A stretch of DNA of 64,000 nucleotides from Salpingoeca rosetta (lineage: Eukaryota > Protista > Choanoflagellata). Below are positions 44,570 through 64,000 of the stretch, one piece after another; the stretch's first letter is position 1; the number at the start of each line of letters is the position of its first letter. A program made the position numbers and the translations under genes. The notes under the pieces were generated by a model, which did not search any database, was not told the origin of the DNA, and saw only the letters and a list, made by a program, of their open reading frames with translations. The stretch is taken from NCBI GenBank assembly GCA_033442325.1, contig JAWQFM010000002.1:1351078-1415077 (forward strand). Direction: 5' to 3'.

Positions 44570-47267
44570 GAACAAACGACAGCACAGCGCCATCAGCACA
44601 ATGCACAGCGCCATCAGCGCACCGTCGTGTGGTGTTGGCATGAGTGGGCTCCACGCGTCAATGCGATGCAGCACTTGATCTGGCAGCGACAACAGCAGCA
44701 TTCCACCCAGCTCATCCTAGTGGCGCCCACATGCCCATGCGCAGGTTGAAAGGGGAGCGTGAGGTGCAGGGTTCAAGGGGTGGAAAGTACACACAAACGC
44801 AAGGGCACACGTACAACTCCATGTGTATCGCACACACAATCATGTACACAAACAGATAAACACACACACAAGACACACACACACACAAGACACACACATA
44901 CACAAGACACACACACACACACAAGACACACACGAACACACAACGGCTTCATACGTTTGGATGGGTGAGACGCATTGCATGGGACTGGAACCAGACATGC
45001 GTTGGATCAAGCGGCGGTGACGATGATGACGATATGGTTCGTGCAGGCCCACTCGATCGTGGCACCGCTCGCCCGCCAGATGACACAGTGCGGTGGCGAA
45101 TCGCATCTGCACACACACACACACACATGGTGGAGTGGCACATTCAAGTGAGCTGGCGTGACTTGCAGACGTGTGTGTGTGCATGTTTGTGCTTGCGTGA
45201 ACTGTGAGAGTTGCATGTGCACGTCGCATGGTGCAACTGCTGTATCACTTACACATGCGAACGTGGGCTTCAACGAGCGCGTACTTCTTGAGGTCGCACA
45301 CCTGAAACAGAAAGTACCACTGTCGTTCGCGTCGCGGGGGCCGGAACAACACCGCAATGACGTGAGCGCACATGTGAAATGAAGATGCGACCACGATGAA
45401 CACAGGCCAACAGACCAAGACAAAGTCAACGTCTCCACTGCAACCAGGGTTGTCGTTCTCACCACAGACAAACGCACACAACGATGCATACATGCACACA
45501 TACTGACAGTTCAGACGACAGGGCACATGCACACGCACACATTTCACACGCACACACACAAACACACACACACATTCACACGCACACACACACGCACACA
45601 CACGCATACACACACACGCACACACGCACACACGCACACACACACACGCACACACGCACACACGCACACACGCACACACACACATTGTTGCCGATTTGAC
45701 GGATGATGGCGTTGTTCGAGAAGACGATGGTGAAGGAGCGGCGATTACCGCGACTGATGCGGGCAAAGATGAGCCCGATGCACAGCGCGTCAATGAACAG
45801 GCCTGCTGCACTCTGTGACAGCACGACAAAAGGGCCAGCGAGGCAGCCGTTGAAGTACGGGCTAGGCACGCCATATCCTGCAAGCGGAACATGCGTGTTC
45901 GTGAGTTGGCGTGTGAATACAAAGCACGGTGGAAATGAGGAAATAAAAACACACCGTGCTCGCTGTATCAAGCGAGACGAAAGAACGTGCAGTTGCATGG
46001 TTTTCTTCCATGAGTTGCATGCACGGATTCATGTGAAAGAAAGCACAAGCAGAGGCTTTCCCATGCAAAGACCTTGTGAGTATAATCAACCCCTTACAGA
46101 TTTCTGCACAACAACACACACACACACTTACAACACACACACGCACACGTGCGTACCGATTGTGGTGAGGGTCTCGATGCTGAGCATAAAGGCGTCTTCA
46201 AAGGTGTGAAGCTGAAGGTCACAGGGCTCGGATATGAGGTGGTACAGGCCGGCCCAGAGCAGGACGGCAGAGACGTAGATGACCAGCAGCACCAACCCAA
46301 TCTTCAGAGAGGACATGGTGAGGAGGGTGTGGAACCAGTCCCGCATATGTAGCGAGGCAACAGCCGCCCGTGGGATGATGCGGCGCATGTTGAAGGACCC
46401 TCTTGATTGCTGTCATCGAAGGTTTGCGTTAGCCCGAGGGCAGTCCATGATGAGAGGGCACCAGAAACAACTTGCCTTCGACTCATGTGTGCGCGTGCAA
46501 TAGCTTGTAGCACCCACACGAGCACAAGCTAGCCCGCTCCAGCACACACTGACACAGAAAGAGAGGGAGAGAGGGAGGGAGAGAGAGAGAGAGATAACGG
46601 AGAGAGAGAGAGAGAGACAACACAGAGAGAGAGAGAGAGATAACCCACACAGACAACACTCACTCATTCATATGCACACGTACTCCCACCACTCCAGCAC
46701 ACATAGACACACACACACACACACGCACATACACACTAACACGCACACGCTCACACACCTTGAACAGCCCTCGCCTATCCAAGAATCTCGGTGCTTTCGC
46801 CTCACCGCCGGTGCTCGAGCTCAGTCGTCTAGAGCGAATATATCATGTGTGTTCACCAAGTAAGTACAAGGTCAAAGAACAAGTCAGCATGTCGATGTGC
46901 AAGTGCCATCATTCATATAGCAGTGTGCCAATAACCTTCCTCCTCGCTCTCCCCTCTTACTCTCCTCCCTCACTCTCCTCCCTCGCACCAAGCCCCTTCT
47001 CTCCCTTCTCTCCCTTCTCTCCCTTCTCTCCCTTCACGCACTGACATGCACGCACCTGTACCACGGGCGTCGTTGTCGAACAGCACGTCTTCGGCGATCA
47101 CCTGCCGCGCCAGCACTATCAACACCACCAACAATAACGCTGCCATTGTGATCATCGTCGTCTTCGCTGTCGCCACTTCCTCCTGGCGCATTCACAGACC
47201 CCAGCAACAGCGGCATGTTCGCATGCGCGCTGTCACCATCATCATCATCACCAGCACCGTTCGTCAT
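43044..47267 (-). CDS. Inward-rectifier potassium channel (Kir), about 13 exons including a 23-nt microexon
   Basis: [10 protein letters not shown]|[15 protein letters not shown] (slide helix), M1, [13 protein letters not shown]|YG (pore; filter split by an intron), M2 [66 protein letters not shown]|ARHSY, DLSRFHD...SSVL*. Junctions from the pore exon to the stop keep the frame. Confidence 0.93.
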
Positions 47268-47380
47268 CGCCTGTTGTCCTCCCAATGCCGAAAAGTTGCC
47301 GAAAATATCTTCAAATGCTCCACAACGTGGGTGGGCAGCCAAGAACAACGATGGTGATGGTTGTGGCGATAAGAGTGGCA
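47268..47380. promoter_or_regulatory. Putative bidirectional promoter between the Kir and PPR genes
   Basis: Divergent ATGs 113 bp apart, or 17 bp if ATG 47285 is used. Confidence 0.45.
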
Positions 47381-49111
47381 ATGCTGCGATGCGCGACAAC
47401 AGCAAGGATGACAGCGTTGGCGGCTGGTGTACGCAGCACTCACAGCAGGTGCGGATCAACAGGGAGGACGACAGCAATGGCGTCTTTAAGCAGGATACAG
47501 GCCGCCCAGTTTGCGGCGCGGCTCTCCACAGCCGCATCGAAAGCCGCACCCCACTGCACCACAACGCCTCCTTCCACGCACCAGCAACAACAGCAACAGA
47601 GACAGCTGCAGCAGCACAGGCAGCACAGCCACACCCGAACTCTGACTTTGTTATCTGCCCCCGGGACAGCAGGAGCGATGCCCATGCGGAGCCAGCGCGC
47701 AGCAGGCACGACCACAGAAGCAAAGGACAGTAGCAAAGTGCTGTCCTTGCTGAAGCAGGGCAAAACGGTTGATGTGCAAACCATCATTGCTGCGCTCAAG
47801 ACCGCTGCCGAGCAGCGCCAAACAAACGAGTGCCACATGCTGTTCGACTGCCTTTCGGAGCGCGGTGTTCGCCCAAAACTGGCCCAGTGCAACGACGTGA
47901 TCAAGGCATACGCCCAAACGGGCCGCGTCAAGGCCGTGCACAAGCTGATTGAGCGCATGCGCCGCGAGGGCTACGACCCAAACGCCGTCACGTTTGAGCT
48001 CCTGTTCCTCGCCTTTGCCCGGAGCCCGTCCTCCAAAGGCCTCGAGGCCGCCTTGGAGCAATACTTGCTCTCAGAAGTGGAGATGACACGTGAGCTGTGG
48101 ACGAACCTGCTGCGTGCCTTTGTTGCCCGCAAACTCGTCGAAGAGAGCCGCTGGGTGTACAACGAGTGGCGGCAGAGGTTGCGGCCGTCTGTGCACATGC
48201 TCAGCACCCTGTGCCGCGACTGCAGCGAGCGAGGGCTGTGGGAGCCAGCGCTGATGTGGTTTCGCGAGCTCATGACCGAATATGCGACCCGCGTCAAAGC
48301 CCACGCAGACAACACAACCACAGCCAACTCCAACCTCACCAACAACGCCACCCGCAGCGGCGGCGATGATGCACGTGCTCGGTTTGTCACAGCATATGAG
48401 GACGTGCTGCTGGTGCTTGCACAGCACGGGCGAGAGGCCGAGCTGACTGCCTTGATTACGGACGTGCTTGAATCGAGCGAGCCGCCGCTCATCGCCGCTG
48501 CGGACGCGGACATGCGCGCCATCAATGCCGTGCGCAGCATCACTTCCGGTGCTGTTGATGACAGAACGCAAAAGAGGATCATCCAGATGCTGTCGGAGCA
48601 GCCTGCGGTGTCGTTGCAGCACCTGCGCGCCATCACGCGCGCCCTTGCCAAGGCAGGCCTGCCAGGCGCCGTGGACACGGTCATCTGCGAACGCGAGCGC
48701 CTTGAGCAGCCGCTCTCCCTCACAAACTTCCACGATCTACTGCGCGCACGGGAGACAGCAGCAGCGGCCGCCAAAGCGCAGAAGGACAGCGCCACAGCTT
48801 TGCACGCGCACACGTACGACACCCGCTTTCACGGGAGTAATGACGTCAGCAGGGAGGATGACGCGTCCTTTTCTCCGCACGATCTTCTGCAGCGCATAAG
48901 CAGGGCTGGTCTGAGTCCAAACGCGTTTACGTTTGCCGTGCTGATGCAAGACCAGCTCCAGAGCAGACGGCCCAACGCCGTTATCCACCTGTGCAAAGAG
49001 ATGCGCGCACTCGGCGTTCAGCAGACGGGGTGGGTCAACTCGCTGCTCTATCGTGCGAGAAAGGCCATCAAGGGGAAACACAGGCAGCGTGGACGCAGGC
49101 AAGCTAGGTGA
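47381..49111 (+). CDS. Pentatricopeptide-repeat (PPR) protein, intronless, with a probable mitochondrial presequence
   Basis: PPR-like motifs LAQCNDVIKAYAQTGRVKAVHKLIERMRREGYDPNAVTFELLFLAFA and GLSPNAFTFAVLMQDQLQSRRPNAVIHLCKEMRALGV. The N-terminus MLRCATTARMTALAAGVRSTHSR is Arg/Thr/Ala-rich with no acidic residues. The ORF is open from ATG 47285; 47381 was chosen as the likely start. Confidence 0.8.
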   Translation: MLRCATTARMTALAAGVRSTHSRCGSTGRTTAMASLSRIQAAQFAARLSTAASKAAPHCTTTPPSTHQQQQQQRQLQQHRQHSHTRTLTLLSAPGTAGAMPMRSQRAAGTTTEAKDSSKVLSLLKQGKTVDVQTIIAALKTAAEQRQTNECHMLFDCLSERGVRPKLAQCNDVIKAYAQTGRVKAVHKLIERMRREGYDPNAVTFELLFLAFARSPSSKGLEAALEQYLLSEVEMTRELWTNLLRAFVARKLVEESRWVYNEWRQRLRPSVHMLSTLCRDCSERGLWEPALMWFRELMTEYATRVKAHADNTTTANSNLTNNATRSGGDDARARFVTAYEDVLLVLAQHGREAELTALITDVLESSEPPLIAAADADMRAINAVRSITSGAVDDRTQKRIIQMLSEQPAVSLQHLRAITRALAKAGLPGAVDTVICERERLEQPLSLTNFHDLLRARETAAAAAKAQKDSATALHAHTYDTRFHGSNDVSREDDASFSPHDLLQRISRAGLSPNAFTFAVLMQDQLQSRRPNAVIHLCKEMRALGVQQTGWVNSLLYRARKAIKGKHRQRGRRQAR

Positions 49112-49555
49112 TTGATTTGCTCCTGCTTGGTTTGCTTTGTCGATTACGACGATAGGAGGGCAAGGGAAGGCGAAGGGGAAAGTTTGTGTATGTATGTGTG
49201 TGTATGTGTGTGTGTGTGTATGTGTGTGAAGAGAGAGTGTGTGTGTGGGGGGGGGGGAGAACGGGGTGTTTTGTGTTGTGTCTTGGAGAGGCAAGCAAGA
49301 AAGGGGTGTGGTTGCAGTAAACATTGAATGGACTGCTGTTTATTTCATACGCATACACGCGTACACACACACACACACAATCACACACACACAATCACAC
49401 ACGCATGCACGCACACAATCACTCCTTCGTTGCTGATGCCAAGGCAACAAGCAAGCAAACTAAGCAACCCAAACCCAAACGAAACCAAACACGAAAGACG
49501 ACACAAGCACACTACCCTCAGCCCCGCGCACGACGCAGTGCACTTCACAACGGCA

Positions 49556-59797
<10,242 letters not shown>

Positions 59798-60466
59798 CAC
59801 TCGCGTTTCTGACAAGTCCAACCAACGGTACGACGCTGCTGCACGTGCGTTGTCTTGCTTCTTCCGCTTTCTGTCGACCCTACGACACACACGTGTGCGC
59901 GCGTGCGAGTGAGTGGATGGGTGCGGATGAGAGGGGTGCACAGCAAAGCAAAGAAAGAGAAACAAAAAGGGCAGAGTGAGAGAGACAAGTGCAAGATTAA
60001 GAGAGGAGGAGGGCGAGGCACGCACGACGACAGGCACGACGATGACAGTCGGGTTCAGCGGCACACACTCGACCACGCACCAATCACCGCCGTTGCAGCT
60101 GAACTTCTTTGCGACAGCACAAAAACTGTCTGCTGTCAGAAATGACAAGCTCGAGCCTGATTTCAGTGTATGGACGGATGTGGGTGTGTCAGCAGCACGG
60201 GACGTGTTTGCCATCCAACCTCCCTCCCTTCCCTGCCTCCCTTCTTGCTTCCCTTCCCTGCCTCCCTTCTTGCTTCCCTTCCCTGCCACATCACAGCATC
60301 ACATCAACCCACGCCTCTTGCCACCGACGCTCTCAGTTTCGCATGAAGCTTCATGGTGTGATCATCTACTACCGTATGTACTTCGTCTACATCGCAGGTC
60401 ATGGCGGTGCAAACCCTCACTGATACAACAAGCTGACACAACAAGCACGCACGCGTGTGACATCAG

Positions 60467-61853
60467 TCAGTCAATGACAATGAGCTCCTGCTTCTTGGCT
60501 GGCTGCTGCTTCATGAGACGCTTGAGGGCGTCGGGCATCTTGCTGGTGCACTTCTTCCTTGTTGTGGGTTTCCTCTTTGTTGTTGGCTTCTGCCTCGGCT
60601 GTGCCTCCGTCTTTGGCTTCTTGCTGGCGGTGGTGCCGGGATTTGACGAGGTGGCGTTCGGGTCGGCAGCCGCTTCCTGCTTGATGTCGCGTCCACCCCG
60701 CTTCTGTTGTGCTGCGGCCTTGCCCCTGGCCGTGTTACCCCTGCCCGTTTTGCCCCTGCCTCTGCCTCGTCCCGTGCCTCGGCTGCTGGCTGTGGATGCA
60801 GAAGGTTCTGGTGCTGCCGCCGTGTTTCCAAAGACGGTGCCTTGATACGAGGGCATCTGCCCGCCGCCAAACGAGGACGTCTAGTTTGTGGAGTCATGAG
60901 GGAGGGAAAGCAAGGAGGGTGAGCAAAGCGGGAGGGTGAGCGCACGAACACATACATGTGCAACCATCCAAGCACAGAAGCAAATGCTCCTTTCAACACA
61001 CTCGCAAACATGTAAACAGCCCCGTCCCTTGCCCCCCAACACACACACACCTGCATAAACTGCGCGGCGGTCTGAAACCCTGCCGCCGGGTTGATGGAGA
61101 GCCAGGACGCGCTGGCGCCGTCAGCAGCAGGCGCGGAGACGGAGGAAGAAAGGGACGGCCTGGCCTGCTTTGTTGGTGCCGCCGCTCCCTTTGATGATGT
61201 CGCATTTGTTGCCTTTTGTCGCTGCTGTTGGTGCTGCTGCTGCTGCTGTTGGTGCTGCTGCTGTTCAGCCAGGAACGAAGATGCCGATGTAAAGGCCGGG
61301 GTGGCGGTCATGATGGACGCGGTTGGCGAATACGCCCTCGAGAAGGAAGACGACGACGATTGCTGGGCGGCAGACAGGCTCCAGCCGCCTTTGGTGCCCC
61401 GGCTGCCGGACGCCTGGAACCGCGCACGCCGCTTCGACGCGTGCGATGGGCTGGAGGATGACCGCTGCAGAAACGAAAACCTCCCACTACCACTGCCATA
61501 GCCAGCATCGCCGCCACTGCCAGCACCATCATCGCCATCGTCATCGCCACCGCCCCTCGCCTGGGCCGCTGCCAGAGCAGCGTCCGCCTTCTTTTGGATG
61601 GCGCGCGCGGCCTTGAGCGTCGCCGCAGCATCCACTTCGCACCGCGGCTGTACCAGCGCCTTCAGGATGCCCACCGTGCACGCAAGCGTGCGGTCGGACA
61701 CAGACGGCTTGACGAGCTCGAACATGCGCTTGGAGATGAAGCGGCTCACTTCGTTTTCGCTGCTGTAGCCGTACGCCCCGCCCCTCCACAGGCACCGCGA
61801 CATGTGCAAGTAGTACTTGGCCCGCGTCAGCGCAACCTGCAATATATGTATGC

Positions 61854-61916
<63 letters not shown>

Positions 61917-63493
61917 ACAAAGACACACACACGTTCATCTCACATACATGAAACACACAGTAGTAAATACAACACGCGCACTTCCCCCCCCCCCACACAC
62001 ACACACATGCACACATTTCCACCCCACCCAAGCACCACACATGTGAGCGTACATAGAGGAGGCGGCGCTCCTCCTTGAGCCGGCTGCTGTCGCCCTTCTT
62101 CTGCACTTCATCAAGCGCATGCGAGTGCGGCAGCACGCCATCCTCCACGCCAGGAACAAACACCACCGCCCACTCCCGGCCCTTGGCAGAGTGGATCGTA
62201 CTCAGCGTCACGCAGTCCTGCCTGCTCTGGTTTCGCTCCAGCTTGTCCGAGCTCGCATACAGCGACACGTGCTCAATGAAACTGCTCAGCTTCGACATGT
62301 CACCATCGTCGTCGTCATCATCGTCATCGTCGTCATCGTCATCGTCATCGGTGTCACTTGCGTCATCGTCACGTTGCTGCTGTTGTTGCTTCAAGTTGTC
62401 GTCTTCTCCTCGCTGCTGCTGCTCCTCCTCCTCCTCCGCCTTCACACCATCGTCATCGTCACCGTCGCCACCACCGGCACCGGCGCCGTCGCCACCATCG
62501 TTGGGGTTGCCGCTGTGCGATTCGTGTTCAAATTCGCGGGTGAGGGCGAGCAACTCCTGCACGTTCTCCCACTTGGACGCGGCGGTAGCTTTGTCCGTGC
62601 TCTCCAGGTGCTCCTTGTACTGCACCTGCTTGAGAATGTCCAGCAGCACGTGTGTGGCCGAGTGGTCCCCCTGTTGGTGCTTCCTGATCAGCGCCACCAG
62701 CGACCCCAGCGCAGCACGCGTTGGCCGCGGGCACTTTATCCTGTCGGGCGCGCCTCGCTTCGCCTGCAGGCCTTTGGTGAGGGCGTCCCACAGGGAGCAG
62801 TGGTTGCGCAGGGCGTTTGCCTCCAAGGCCTCCATCAGCTTTGGGCCTGCGCCGCGCTTTGGGGTGTTGATGATGCGGGCAAGGGAGATGTCGTCGTGCA
62901 GGTTGTGCACAAGCTTGAGGTAGGCCATGCAGTCGCGCACCTCCGCGCGGTCAAAGAACTTCAGGCCGCCCACAATCACATACGGGATGCCCACGTGCGT
63001 GAACGCCTACTCGGGCATGCCAGCAGTGGTGGGAGATCGATAGAGAGGGTGGGCAAGCAGGAAGCCGGTGATGTTGTTGGTGCATGATCAAAAGCAAAGT
63101 AGAAGCGAAAGCTTACGCGCGCACACACGCACACACACACGCACACACACACGCACACGCACACAAACACATACACAAACACACACACACACAAATATAC
63201 GCAAACCTGTTCGAGGCTTCGGGTCATGGCGTTGGTTCGCACCAACACGGCAATGTTGCTGAAGGTGATGGCTCCTTTTTGGTGTTGGGTACGCCAAGGT
63301 TGTGAGCAGGGGTGAGGGTGTAGACAAGAGCATGATGAGGTGATGGGGATCCGGGAGACAAGGGGGCAACGCAGAGGAACAAGTCAGAGGAGCAGGTGGC
63401 ATGCCACGTGCTTGCATTGTCACGGCGTACCTTTTGCAGACTGCAACACCCGCGCCGTTTCCTTGGCGATGGAGCGTGCTTCGTGCATCGGAG

Positions 63494-63562
<69 letters not shown>

Positions 63563-64000
63563 GAGAGCGTGTACATACATGTGTTTAAATGTATGTAAAT
63601 GTGTGTGTGTGTGGTTGCACCATCTTGAACAGCTGTGGCATCAACCAGGCATGCGTCCACAGCGCAATCACCAGCGACAACAGAAGAAGAATAATCAACA
63701 CACGTCAACCAAAGACCAACACATTTTCAACCAGAGGCAGCATGCAAGGTGCCCACGTTGTATGTGGCAAAGACGACGGGTGGCCCCCCGCCGTTTGATG
63801 TCCAGAACTTGGTGTCGCGCTGGGAGGCGAGGCAGAGCGAGCTCAGTTGGACAATGGCCTCTGTGGAGCGGTAGTTGCGGCCAAGTCCAACAACCTGACA
63901 CCCAGCAAAGTCCCGCTTGAACTTGCGGTACCCGTCCGCCTGCGCCTGCCGCCAGCTGTGCACAGACAACGAGCCAGTGTGTGTGTGTGTGTGTGTGTGT
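60467..64000 (-). CDS. SRS2: SF1A UvrD/PcrA/Srs2-type DNA helicase, 3' part; the gene starts beyond the right edge
   Basis: Helicase motifs LGRNYRSTEAIV (IV), IAVLVRTN (IVa), GIPYVIVGGLKFFDRAEVRD, RIINTPKRGAG, VTLSTIHSAKGREW (V) and EERRLLY|VALTRAK (VI). The gene has spliceosomal introns and a disordered tail ending ELIVID*. Confidence 0.88.

Noticed and set aside
60467-64000. Bacterial contamination or a recent bacterial uvrD/pcrA transfer
   Set aside because: The gene has host-type microsatellite introns and a eukaryotic disordered tail with a SIM. Srs2 family members are inherently UvrD-like.

Overview
Eukaryotic, intron-rich window with GC-rich exons and introns saturated with (CA)n/(TG)n microsatellites, plus one 100-N assembly gap (3060-3159). 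Composition and gene content suggest a choanoflagellate such as Salpingoeca rosetta; this is inference, not checked. Most entries in the ORF track are microsatellite artefacts. Joining GT-AG exons by hand gives 14 protein-coding genes: TFIIIC subunit 5/Tfc1 (-, runs off the left edge), RalBP1/RLIP76-type RhoGAP (+), a divergent mRNA cap guanine-N7 methyltransferase (+), coronin (-), MAF1 (+), an AROS/RPS19BP1-like basic protein (-), a JMJ22-type F-box+JmjC protein (+), a large uncharacterised HEAT/ARM-like protein (-), ANP32 (+), mitochondrial glutamyl-tRNA synthetase (+), an inward-rectifier K+ channel (-), an intronless PPR protein (+), ELYS/AHCTF1 (-) and an Srs2/UvrD-type helicase (-, runs off the right edge). 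The most interesting signals are short linear motifs visible only after splicing. The helicase ends in a yeast-Srs2-like SUMO-interacting motif (ELIVID*) and carries BRC-like FxxA motifs. ELYS ends in a LANA/IL-33-like nucleosome acidic-patch motif (GMTLRSGR). ANP32 carries an ANP32E-type H2A.Z-binding motif split by an intron. The Kir channel keeps the strong-rectification Asp and ends in a PDZ-type ligand. A probable LTR end sits beside the assembly gap. All homology calls come from remembered family motifs; no database search was run.
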